64,000 nt of DNA from a bacterium (GTDB lineage Bacteria > UBA8248): positions 352,001-416,000 of the forward strand of contig CBDCRP010000003.1 in NCBI GenBank assembly GCA_965221165.1, read 5' to 3'. Positions 47,464-56,389 of this stretch are shown here, in pieces; positions within the stretch are counted from its first letter, which is position 1, and every line of letters starts with the position of its first letter. The notes under the pieces are model-generated. The model saw only the letters and a program-made list of their open reading frames with translations. It searched no databases and was not told the DNA's origin. The position numbers were made by a program, and so were the translations under genes.

Positions 47464-48282
47464 ATGGGCAGGCGACGCGACACGCCGGATTTCACGCGCT
47501 CCAACAAATTCCCGGCACTCGAATACCAACCCGCAGCGGAAGAGCGCGAATTCACCAGAAAACTCATCGCATCCACGAGCGCGAACGAGCGCGAAGCGCT
47601 GGGCCAGAAACTGCTCGACAACATTTGCGGCAGCCTCAAAATCCCCCGCGCGCGCCTGCGCGTGTACGAAGAGCGGCAACCCCACAAGCTGCGCGGCGGA
47701 AAACTCGCCTATAAGCTGTACGGCGTCTATTATTGCGAAAACGCGATGATCGAAATCGCCAACCTGACGTCTATTCGCAAACAGGTCGTCGCAGGCAAGA
47801 CGTTTATGGATACCCTCATTCACGAACTCATGCACCACATCGACAGAAAATTTCTCCGAATACCCTCCACCCCACATAGCCCCGGCTTTTACGCGCGCAT
47901 CGAGGACATCAAAACCAAACTCATGCACATGAAGGGCGGGGAGTTGCCATCCCCGCAAGAAGCCGCCTGGGAGAGACCCAAAAACCTGACGGCGGCTCTC
48001 GAGACGGCGGTCTCAGGCGCACGAGCGAGAAACGAACGTCAAAACCCCCAAAAGCCGCACGAGGAGACTCCCGGCGACATTCCGCCGAAGAAGAGAAAGC
48101 CTAGGTGGACCCCGCCGGGTGAATCCGTATCCCCCGCACATGCACTGCCCGAAGAAGCCGGCGCAACAAACCCACCGAAAAAACCGCCACGCACCCGGGG
48201 AGGAGAGTCCACTTTTCCGAATCATCCCCAAAAAGACGTTTCGGTGGAGAAGGAGCCGCAACTGTCGTTCGACTTCCAGTAG
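47464..48282 (+). CDS. SprT/WLM-like HExxH zinc metalloprotease with disordered tail
   Basis: LYGVY, DTLIHELMHH...PHSPGFY (third His ligand). Pro/Lys-rich tail ends QLSFDFQ. Confidence 0.7.
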   Translation: MGRRRDTPDFTRSNKFPALEYQPAAEEREFTRKLIASTSANEREALGQKLLDNICGSLKIPRARLRVYEERQPHKLRGGKLAYKLYGVYYCENAMIEIANLTSIRKQVVAGKTFMDTLIHELMHHIDRKFLRIPSTPHSPGFYARIEDIKTKLMHMKGGELPSPQEAAWERPKNLTAALETAVSGARARNERQNPQKPHEETPGDIPPKKRKPRWTPPGESVSPAHALPEEAGATNPPKKPPRTRGGESTFPNHPQKDVSVEKEPQLSFDFQ

Positions 48283-48473
48283 GTATAATTTACTTTAGGC
48301 AAAAATAATAAATAACTGAAATATAAATTGAAATAAATTCCAAAAATGCGCCTGTCAAAACGCTCTTTCGCTACCCGGCCCAGGCGGTTGTGTTTCACTC
48401 TGCGATTGGGTAAACAAGGTCAGTGCATACGCCATCATACAATCAAGCGCATATCGCAGAGGAGTATTTTCAT

Positions 48474-49166
48474 ATGAGGCCGGCTAACGATTCAGTCCCG
48501 AAACCCTGGGGACCGCTGGCGGGTTTTTGGTCCTGGCAGTACCTGAATCTGTGGAAGACCATCAAACTCGTCACGAGCAAACGGGTCAAAAGTTTTTACG
48601 ATAAATTTCCGAACGTTCATCCCCCCGGCACCGCCTTCCCCGACTTCGAACTCAAGGATATTCACGGGAACGTCTACCGCATGGCGGATTATCTGGGCAA
48701 GAAATACGTGGTGATGACCACGGGCGCCATCACGTGACCGCCATACAGGCGGCAGGTGCCGTTTTACGAAGAGTTGCAGGAGAAATATGCGGATCGCGAC
48801 GTGGTCGTCTTCAATCTCTACGTGAGAGAACCGCACGCGGGCGAGCGCGGATTCCCGGAGATCAGAAACCATGAATCCTACGAACACAAGCGGAGCTACG
48901 CCCAAATGCTGGCCGAGGTCAAGAACATGGAAACCAATATCCTGGTCGACGAGATGGACCAGAAGGTTCACGCCAAGCTCGGAGATCTGCCGAACACCAT
49001 CTGGCTCGTCGGCAAGGACGGGAAAGTGGCCTATAAGTGCACCTGGTCGAACGCGGAGCACGTGGATGAATACCTGGCCAAACTGGTGAACGAGGACCCC
49101 GCATTCGAGGGGATGCCCAAAATGGAGCAAACCATCTTCACTGCCGGCGCCGGCACCGCGATCTAG
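48474..49166 (+). CDS. Iodothyronine-deiodinase-like thioredoxin-fold selenoprotein (230 aa, Sec88 at TGA 48735-48737)
   Basis: ORFs 48423..48737 and 48756..49166 share a frame and are separated by a single TGA. Read-through gives TGAIT-U-PPY (deiodinase GSCT-U-PPF), YVREPH, and VDEMDQ...G.LPN. AGAGGAG RBS before ATG 48474. Confidence 0.85.
48738..48764 (+). promoter_or_regulatory. Bacterial SECIS-like hairpin
   Basis: Stem AGGCGGC / GCCGTTT (48747-48764) with apical loop AGGT beginning 16 nt after the TGA. Confidence 0.7.
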
Positions 49167-49183
49167 CGAGACCAGTCGCCCAG

Positions 49184-49212
49184 AAACGCCCCTGTTTTCG
49201 AGGGGCGTTTTT
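49184..49212 (+). terminator. Terminator-like hairpin after the selenoprotein gene
   Basis: AAACGCCCCT-GTTTTCG-AGGGGCGTTTTT. Confidence 0.7.
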
Positions 49213-49243
49213 CGTCTCCATCACAAAGGAGGAAAACCCGGTC

Positions 49244-49768
49244 ATGGACGCGCCGACAATCATAGGAGAGCGCCTGGAAGCCTACGGGATGAGGCTTAGA
49301 GAAGTCATGGAAGACGTCACCGATGCGGACTTGATGATTCAGCCGGGTTCGAACGACAACCCTATGGGCTGGCTCGTCTGGCACATGACGCGCTTTGAGG
49401 ACAGGACTTTCTCTTGCATCGCTAAAACCCCGGAACTTTGGATAGAAGAAAAATGGCACGATCGCTTCGGCATGGAGCCCGATCCCGAATGCGACGGCGT
49501 GGGCTTCACCCTAGATCAGGTCCTTGAGCTTAAAACCAACAAGGACGCCCTGATGGGCTATTTCGAAGCAGTGCGCGGGAATACGCTCCCCTGCCTCTCG
49601 GGATTAAGCGCGGCGGACCTGGACCGGGAAGAAATCGATTTTATCAGCGGCAAGCCCATCAAGATCGGCCTGCTGGTGGGAAGATATCTGGGCGATCACA
49701 TCTCCCACATCGGACAAATCTGCTATCTGAGGGGCCACATCGCAGGCTGGGGGCGATACCCCGTATAG
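49244..49768 (+). CDS. DinB/YfiT-family protein (putative thiol S-transferase)
   Basis: NPMGWLVWHM and DHISHIGQI give the metal-binding His triad. AGGAGG RBS. Confidence 0.85.
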   Translation: MDAPTIIGERLEAYGMRLREVMEDVTDADLMIQPGSNDNPMGWLVWHMTRFEDRTFSCIAKTPELWIEEKWHDRFGMEPDPECDGVGFTLDQVLELKTNKDALMGYFEAVRGNTLPCLSGLSAADLDREEIDFISGKPIKIGLLVGRYLGDHISHIGQICYLRGHIAGWGRYPV

Positions 49769-49772
49769 CTTT

Positions 49773-50774
49773 CTAGTCGAGTTCTCCCAGAATCCGGAGA
49801 GCTCGCTTCATGTCCTCTTCGGGCGTCTCGTCGGGCACGCGGAAAAGCGGCTGCGTGACGCCTGCCTCTCTCAGAGCGGCCAGCATCTCGTTGCACCTGG
49901 ATTTGGGGCCGCAAATGGCGAGGTCATCCAGCAGCGCGTCCGAGAGGGCTTCTCCCGCCGCCCTGCGGCCTCCCTTCCGCCAGGCCGCCCGGATGCTGTC
50001 GGCATCCTCCCCATAGCCCCAGCGCGTGAGCTGGGCATGGTAGTAATCGCCCATCGCCCCGATGTAGAACCCGAGTTCGGGCTTTACGAGTGCGCGCGCG
50101 CGGTCGATGTCATCAAAAGGCACCGCGTAGACGAAGGGCGCCACGTCGACCTCGGAGACCGCCCTGCCCGCCGATTCCGCGCCCTCTTCCAGGAATTTCA
50201 GCGCGTCTTTCATTCTCGAAAACGGAATGCAGAAAGGAATCCACCCATCTGCTATCTCCCCGGTCAGTCTCGTATAATTCGGGCCGTTCGACCCCAGATA
50301 GATGGGCAGGCGCTCCTGCACCGGCTTTCGCCTCAGCCTGAAGCCGCTCATCCGGTAGATTTCACCACCGAGCTCCACGCGATCGCCCCGGAACGCCTGG
50401 CGCAGGGCTTCGACCATCTCCCGGGAGCGCTTGAGCGGGCTGCCGAAGGGAACCCCGTGCCAGTTCTCGATCACCGCCTGGCCGCTCGAGCCCAGCCCCA
50501 GATGGAAGCGGCCATCGCTCAGGACGTCGAGTTCCGCCGCCGTCTGGGCCATGAGGCCCGGGCTTCTGCCGTAGATGTTGAACACCGCCGAGCCGAGCTT
50601 GATGTTGTCCACCGCCTGCGCCGCCATGGCGACGTGGATGCTGCCGTCGCGCACCCAGGTCTCTGGAAACCAGAGCGAGTCGATGCCCGAATCCTCGCAC
50701 CACCGGGCGAACAGCGGAACCTCGCGCGCGTCGATGGTCTCCTGGTGCCACAAAACGACCCCTTTTTTCCTCAT
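49773..50774 (-). CDS. Luciferase-like monooxygenase (LLM) family oxidoreductase, possibly F420-dependent
   Basis: W.PE.W..D, IYGRSP..MAQTAA.LD.LS.GRF.LGLGSSG..VIENWHG, GEIADGW. Confidence 0.88.
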   Translation of the reverse strand: MRKKGVVLWHQETIDAREVPLFARWCEDSGIDSLWFPETWVRDGSIHVAMAAQAVDNIKLGSAVFNIYGRSPGLMAQTAAELDVLSDGRFHLGLGSSGQAVIENWHGVPFGSPLKRSREMVEALRQAFRGDRVELGGEIYRMSGFRLRRKPVQERLPIYLGSNGPNYTRLTGEIADGWIPFCIPFSRMKDALKFLEEGAESAGRAVSEVDVAPFVYAVPFDDIDRARALVKPELGFYIGAMGDYYHAQLTRWGYGEDADSIRAAWRKGGRRAAGEALSDALLDDLAICGPKSRCNEMLAALREAGVTQPLFRVPDETPEEDMKRALRILGELD

Positions 50775-50815
50775 GAACCCACTCCCTTGCAATTACGAGT
50801 CCTCGGGATTCGCGC

Positions 50816-50844
50816 TTGACAGACTCTCACATCTCTCCTATAAA
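50816..50844 (+). promoter_or_regulatory. sigma70-like promoter for the DEAD-box helicase
   Basis: TTGACA-17 nt-TATAAA. Confidence 0.65.
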
Positions 50845-50852
50845 CACTCATC

Positions 50853-52574
50853 GTGAGAATTATCAAACATTTAGCGAGCATCATAAGCTCCAAAAACAAA
50901 GAAGACGCCCCCCGGAACCCATCTCCCGCCAAGGTTCAGGAATCCGCTTCCGTGCCATCCGCAAACCATACCGGGCGGAGAGACCCCGACTCGGCCCCAA
51001 AGACCGCCGATGGCGAATCCCGGCAGGAAAAAACCGACCCGACGACAACGAATTCCGCGAATCCGCGCCGCCGGCGCAGACGCCCGCGGAGAAAACAAAA
51101 TAATGGAGAAACATTGCATAAGCAAAACGGAACGAGCATAGAATCGAAAAAACAAACAAGCGGCGACCAGCCGCCGAAAAGCAACAGAAACAAAAGACGC
51201 CGCAAGAAAAAACCCGCAACATCCGGGGCGCAGGCCGCACCACAAAAACCCCAGAAAGCCGCGAATCCCTCCTATAACGGCGTTATCTACCGGAAAGACC
51301 CCGCCGACTTCGGCGTGGGCGATTTCGACGTCGCAGACGCGCCCGAAGGCTTCCGGGAACTCGGCTTCGGGCCGGAACTGCTCCGCGGGATTCAGGGTCT
51401 GGAATTCGGCGCGCCCACTCCCATCCAGTGGGAGGCGATTCCCGTCGCGCGCGAGGGTCGGGACATCATCGGCTGCGCCCAGACGGGCACGGGGAAAACG
51501 GCCTCGTTCGCACTGCCGACTCTCGAACATTTACAAGGCGACTCGGGCACGCGGTGTCTCGTCCTGACGCCCACCCGGGAGCTGGCCATACAGGTTTCAG
51601 AACAATTCCACCGCCTGGGCAAACACCTCGAAACCTCGTGCGCCGTCATTTACGGCGGAGTGGACTACGAGCCGCAATTCCAGGCTTTCCAGGACGACGT
51701 GGACATCGTCGTCGCGACGCCCGGCAGACTGCTCGATCACTTGAACCGGAAATCCGTTCATTTCAGGAAACTGGAGATACTCATCATCGACGAGGCCGAC
51801 CGCATGCTGGACATGGGCTTCGCCGAGGAGATCACCGATATTCTGAAACGCCTGCCCCAAAAGCGGCAAACCATGCTCTTCTCCGCCACTATGCCCGAGA
51901 AAATTCAGGACCTGGCGAATCGCGCGGTGAGCGAGCCGGTCCAGATCAACATCTCGCCGCCATCGACTCCGGCGGAGGGCATCCACCACGGCGTCTACCC
52001 CATCAGCATGGCGAACAAGCCCCGCGGCGTGTTGGGCATCATCGATAAATACAACCCCACCAGCGTTCTCATCTTCACGAGAACCAAAGCCGGGGCCGAT
52101 GTGCTGTGCAATTTCCTGGAGAACGAGAAAATTTCCGTCGCCAAGATTCATTCCGACAGAAACCAGCGCCAAAGAGAAAAAGCGCTGGCGGGCTTTCGCC
52201 AGGGCAAGCACCGAATTCTCGTGGCGACGGACATCGTTTCGCGCGGCATCGACGTGACGGGCATCTCGCACGTCATCAATTACGACGTGCCCGAGTACCC
52301 CGAGGACTACGTGCATCGCGCAGGCAGAACGGCGCGCGCCGGCCGCATCGGCTACGCCATGACGCTTATGTCGCCCGGCGAAATCACGCCCGTCAAGAAC
52401 ATCGAGCGCTTTATCGGCAAGGCGCTGCCCCGGGTCGGCATGAAAGGTTTTGCGAATGACGTCCACCAACAAAACCTCGAGAACGAGCCCAAACCCCTGC
52501 TCGACCAGCCGACCGTCGCGCGCTATGAACGACTTCGCAAAATGCCGCGCCGCACCGGCCTCTCGCTTCGCTAG
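50853..52574 (+). CDS. DEAD-box RNA helicase (RhlE-like) with long basic disordered N-terminus
   Basis: PTPIQ, AQTGTGKT, PTRELA, TPGRL, DEAD, SAT, RGID, HRAGRTAR. Start codon uncertain. Confidence 0.92.
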   Translation: MRIIKHLASIISSKNKEDAPRNPSPAKVQESASVPSANHTGRRDPDSAPKTADGESRQEKTDPTTTNSANPRRRRRRPRRKQNNGETLHKQNGTSIESKKQTSGDQPPKSNRNKRRRKKKPATSGAQAAPQKPQKAANPSYNGVIYRKDPADFGVGDFDVADAPEGFRELGFGPELLRGIQGLEFGAPTPIQWEAIPVAREGRDIIGCAQTGTGKTASFALPTLEHLQGDSGTRCLVLTPTRELAIQVSEQFHRLGKHLETSCAVIYGGVDYEPQFQAFQDDVDIVVATPGRLLDHLNRKSVHFRKLEILIIDEADRMLDMGFAEEITDILKRLPQKRQTMLFSATMPEKIQDLANRAVSEPVQINISPPSTPAEGIHHGVYPISMANKPRGVLGIIDKYNPTSVLIFTRTKAGADVLCNFLENEKISVAKIHSDRNQRQREKALAGFRQGKHRILVATDIVSRGIDVTGISHVINYDVPEYPEDYVHRAGRTARAGRIGYAMTLMSPGEITPVKNIERFIGKALPRVGMKGFANDVHQQNLENEPKPLLDQPTVARYERLRKMPRRTGLSLR

Positions 52575-52815
52575 TTCGCCCCCTTCGGCAAAAATCATGT
52601 CCTTTTTGTAAAGATTCTGTAAATTTTCACAAATAATTGATATTGTGTGAGTTACGTGTATAAATCATGCGTTTGGCGGTGCAAAAAATCGCTTTCGTCC
52701 CGTTTTCTATTGACCTCTTCGCGCGGCTACGCTAAATTGCCCTACCTACAGAAATACATTCGATATGAAACGAAGACCTTTCATAAGGCCCGTACAATTC
52801 TGGGGGGACTCCTGA

Positions 52816-53091
52816 ATGCAGAAATCGAATATCGTAGAAAAAATCGCAGAGGAAGCCGGTATCTCGAAGGCCGCAGCAGACAGGGCTCTTAAATCCTTGC
52901 TCGATTCCGTCACGCAAGCCCTGAAAAAAGGCGACCGCGTCTCCCTGGTCGGCTTCGGAACATTTTCCGTCTCAAAGCGGGCCGCTCGCACGGGCCGCAA
53001 TCCCCAAACGGGCGAGCAGATCTCGATCAAGGCGAGCAAGACGCCCAAGTTCTCCGCAGGCAAAAGCCTCAAGGACGCGGTGAACAAATAA
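52816..53091 (+). CDS. hup: DNA-binding protein HU
   Basis: VSLVGFGTF...[13 protein letters not shown]...[13 protein letters not shown]. Upstream TTGACC-17 nt-TAAATT at 52710-52738. Confidence 0.97.
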   Translation: MQKSNIVEKIAEEAGISKAAADRALKSLLDSVTQALKKGDRVSLVGFGTFSVSKRAARTGRNPQTGEQISIKASKTPKFSAGKSLKDAVNK

Positions 53092-53140
53092 GCGCAAACT
53101 TTTGAAGGCGCTTTAGACAAAAATCATCCGATATAAAGTT

Positions 53141-53190
53141 AAACCCCCGACGCTGGAGGTGCAATGTCCGGTGTAGGGGGTTTTTTATTT
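53141..53190 (+). terminator. Rho-independent terminator after hup
   Basis: AAACCCCC...GGGGGTTTTTT long hairpin. Confidence 0.75.
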
Positions 53191-53231
53191 TCAAGAACCC
53201 ATTCCGCTCTGGCGAGGCATGAGACGAGCGT

Positions 53232-53353
53232 TTAGGGGCCGTTCGCGAACGGCCCCTATGTCTTTGGGGTCGGCAACGTGACTGTAGGGGCCGCATATAT
53301 GCGGCCCTGCTTTTTCACCGTCAAAACATGGGTCGCATATATGCGACCCCTAC
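53232..53353. repeat. GTAG REP-like palindromes
   Basis: TAGGGGCCGTTCGCGAACGGCCCCTA, then GTAGGGGCCGCATATATGCGGCCC ... GGGTCGCATATATGCGACCCCTAC. Confidence 0.8.
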
Positions 53354-53463
53354 AAGGGCATCACGCTGTCCACAGGAACAGGCTTCTACCCCCATGAGGG
53401 TATGCCAAACTTCAAGGGGTGAGCATTGATCGTTTTACCGAATTCTGCCGACCCGAAACGGCT

Positions 53464-54552
53464 TCAGGCGAGAAAATTCGTGAGCTTCGAGAGGAAGCGT
53501 TCGTTCTCTATCTCTAGCCCGATGGTTACGCGAATCCAATCGGGACAACCGAAAGCGCTGCCGGGGCGAACGATGACGCCCTCGCGCATCAGCGCATCCA
53601 TCGCGCCGTCCCCATCGCCCACGCGCACGAAAATAAAATTGGCCTGGCTCTCGACGTATGCCAGTCCCATCTCCTCGAACGCCCGGTAGAGCGTTTCTTT
53701 TCCCTCTCGCACCAGAGCGATGGCGCGCTCCCTGTAGTCGTCGTCCTCGAGCGCGGCCAAAGCCGCCGCTTGCGCGAGTTGATTCACGTTGAAAGGCTCA
53801 CGAACGCGGTTCATGTACTCGACGACGCCCTCCCTGCTCACGGCGAACCCCACGCGAAGGCCCGCAAGGCCATAAATTTTCGAAAACGAGCGCAGAACGA
53901 CGAGCGGGAAGCGATCGATGAGAGAGGAGCTGTCGGGGTAAGCCGGATCGTCCGTGAAATCGCCGTAGGCCTCATCCAGAAGCACAAGCAAGCCCTCGGG
54001 TAATTTTTCGAGAAAGGAAACAAGTTCATCCTCGGTCAATATCCCGCCCGTGGGATTGTTCGGAGAACAGAGGAAGACGATTTTCGTGCGCCCGGAAATC
54101 CTGGCGAAGACGTCGTCCAAATCTATTTTCATATCCCGCAAGGGAGAGAAAACGACGCGGGCGCCCATCACCCGGCTCACATGCGCATAGGGGCTGAAAG
54201 TGGGCCGTGGTATCACCACCTCGTCCCCGTCGTTGAGAAAAGTTCTGCTCAAAACGGAGAGAACGTCGTCTCCGCCGTTTCCCATGAACACCCGGGATGG
54301 CGCAACGCCCAGTTTTTGCGCCAGACGGCCCACCAGCGCTTTCGCCCCGCCATCGGGATAGCGGTGCAGGCCGTCGAGCACGCCGCGAATCGCATCCACC
54401 GCGCCGGGCGTGGGGCCGAGCGCATTCTCGTTGCCGGCGAGCTTGACGACCTCGCCCAGCCCGTACTCGGCGGCCACATCTTCGATGGAGCGCCCCGGAA
54501 CATAGGCATGAAGCGATGAGACGCCCTTTCTCAGCAACTCTTCCACGTTCAA
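53464..54552 (-). CDS. hisC: Histidinol-phosphate aminotransferase
   Basis: KLAGNEN.LG, RYPD, CSPNNPTG, DEAY, RSFSKIYGLAGLRVG, PFNVN, SQANF. Confidence 0.92.
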   Translation of the reverse strand: MNVEELLRKGVSSLHAYVPGRSIEDVAAEYGLGEVVKLAGNENALGPTPGAVDAIRGVLDGLHRYPDGGAKALVGRLAQKLGVAPSRVFMGNGGDDVLSVLSRTFLNDGDEVVIPRPTFSPYAHVSRVMGARVVFSPLRDMKIDLDDVFARISGRTKIVFLCSPNNPTGGILTEDELVSFLEKLPEGLLVLLDEAYGDFTDDPAYPDSSSLIDRFPLVVLRSFSKIYGLAGLRVGFAVSREGVVEYMNRVREPFNVNQLAQAAALAALEDDDYRERAIALVREGKETLYRAFEEMGLAYVESQANFIFVRVGDGDGAMDALMREGVIVRPGSAFGCPDWIRVTIGLEIENERFLSKLTNFLA

Positions 54553-54785
54553 AGCCTTACACCTCTTTTCTTTGACTCGTTATCGTCCTGAACCTCTCGA
54601 ACGGCGAACATATAGACCATTCAGAGCGATTTGACCATCCCTCGGCAATCGACAAGCGCCCGGGCCTCTCGTTATCAACGAACCGGATATCGTCATACGT
54701 CATGAAGCCTGGAATGTCGATGCGTTGCCCTCGGCGAACAGGACGGCTAGAATATGCGGGACCAGCCGTCGAACGGAGATCTATC

Positions 54786-55634
54786 TTGAGCGATGCGAAT
54801 CCGGACGTGAAACTCAAAAGACTCGAACGAACCCTGAAAGAGATGGGGAGCGTTCTCGTCGCATTCTCGGCCGGCGTGGACAGCACCTTTTTGGCCAAAG
54901 TAGCCCACGAGGCCCTGGGCGCGGGGGCGCTCGCCGTCACGGGCCGCTCCGTCACCCTGGCATCCTCCGAACTGGAAGAATCGGGTGCGCTCGCAGAGCA
55001 AATCGGGATTCGCCACATCATCGTGGACACCGACGAGATTGCGGATGAATCTTTTGGAAACAACCCGCCGAATCGTTGTTATTTCTGCAAAAATGAACTC
55101 TATTCCGTCTTGAGCCGCGTGGCGTCCCAGGAGGAGATGGCCGTCATCGTCGACGGCTCGAACGCAGACGACGTGGGCGATCATCGGCCCGGCATGCAGG
55201 CGGCGCGGGAACTGGGCGTGAGAAGCCCGCTCATGGAAGTGGGAATGACGAAAGAAGATATCCGCACCCTCTCCAAATCATTCGGACTTTCCACCTGGGA
55301 CAAGCCTGCGCAAGCCTGTCTTTCGAGCCGCTTTCCCTATGGAGACCGCATCACGCCCGAGAAAATCGCCCAGGTCGAAAAAGCGGAAGCCGCCTTGCGG
55401 GAATTGGGTTTTAGGCAGTTGCGGGTGCGACACCATGACCGAATCGCAAGAATCGAGGTGCCAAAAGCCGACGTCGCGCGCCTGGTGGACGAAGAAATCT
55501 CAGAGCAAGTGATCGCCCGCATGAAAGAGGCCGGCTTCACCTACGTGACCATCGACCTGGAAGGGTTCCGATCGGGCAGCATGAACGAGGTGCTCGAATC
55601 CGGGCGCGGCTCCGATCTTCTCATACTCTCGTGA
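54786..55634 (+). CDS. larE: Nickel-pincer nucleotide sulfur insertase LarE
   Basis: PP-loop AFSAGVDS, RCYFCK, DHRPG, KPAQACLSSRFPYG, RVRHH. TTG start after GGAG. Confidence 0.92.
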   Translation: MSDANPDVKLKRLERTLKEMGSVLVAFSAGVDSTFLAKVAHEALGAGALAVTGRSVTLASSELEESGALAEQIGIRHIIVDTDEIADESFGNNPPNRCYFCKNELYSVLSRVASQEEMAVIVDGSNADDVGDHRPGMQAARELGVRSPLMEVGMTKEDIRTLSKSFGLSTWDKPAQACLSSRFPYGDRITPEKIAQVEKAEAALRELGFRQLRVRHHDRIARIEVPKADVARLVDEEISEQVIARMKEAGFTYVTIDLEGFRSGSMNEVLESGRGSDLLILS

Positions 55635-56389
55635 ACCCAGACTTCATCCTCGAACTCCTCGAGCAGGTGAAACAGGGCCGACTCGATCCGCAGGGCGCCG
55701 TCGCGCGCCTTCGGGATCTGCCGTTCGAGGACCTGGGCCACACGCGGGTGGATCATCACCGCGCCCTGAGAAGCGGGTTTCCCGAAGTCGTCTTCGGCGC
55801 GGGAAAAACCAGAGCCCAAGTCGTTGAAATCGCCAAGAGCCTGATGGCGAAAGAACAGACGGTTCTGCTCACGCACGCCAGGGCGGAGCAGGCAGAAGCC
55901 CTGCTCGAACTCTCTCCCCACGCGCATCACCACGAAACGGCGCGCATCGTCGAAATACCATCCCAGAATCCGCCCGCTCCCGTCGGCTCTCTCGCGGTCG
56001 TTTGCGCGGGCACCTCCGACATGCCCGTGGCCGAAGAGGCGGCGGTGACCGCGCGAATCCTGGGCTCCAAGGTGACGCACGTCTACGACGTGGGCGTGGC
56101 GGGTCTGCACCGCCTTCTGGCGGAGGTGAAAACCCTACATGAGGCCAACGTCATCATCGCCGTGGCGGGGATGGAAGGCGCCCTGCCCTCGGTGGTCGCA
56201 GGTCTGGTGGCCTGCCCCGTCATCGCGGTGCCCACCTCGGTGGGTTACGGGGCGAACCTGGGCGGATTGACGGCGCTTTTCGCCATGCTGAACTCATGCG
56301 CCTCGGGCCTAAGCGTGGTGAACATAGACAACGGCTTCGGCGCGGCCTGTCAGGCGCACCTCATCAACAAACAAACGGCCGCCTCGTGA
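55631..56389 (+). CDS. larB: Nickel-pincer nucleotide carboxylase/hydrolase LarB
   Basis: GFPEV...GKT, AGTSD.PVAEEA, DVGVAGLHRL, AGMEGAL, PTSVGYG, VVNIDNGFGA. Confidence 0.95.
   Translation: MNPDFILELLEQVKQGRLDPQGAVARLRDLPFEDLGHTRVDHHRALRSGFPEVVFGAGKTRAQVVEIAKSLMAKEQTVLLTHARAEQAEALLELSPHAHHHETARIVEIPSQNPPAPVGSLAVVCAGTSDMPVAEEAAVTARILGSKVTHVYDVGVAGLHRLLAEVKTLHEANVIIAVAGMEGALPSVVAGLVACPVIAVPTSVGYGANLGGLTALFAMLNSCASGLSVVNIDNGFGAACQAHLINKQTAAS

Noticed and set aside
48423-49166. Two separate small ORFs (104 aa and 136 aa), or a nonsense pseudogene
   Set aside because: They share a frame, the single TGA falls on the catalytic residue, a SECIS-like hairpin follows, and neither half is a complete thioredoxin fold. 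Sec read-through explains this better.
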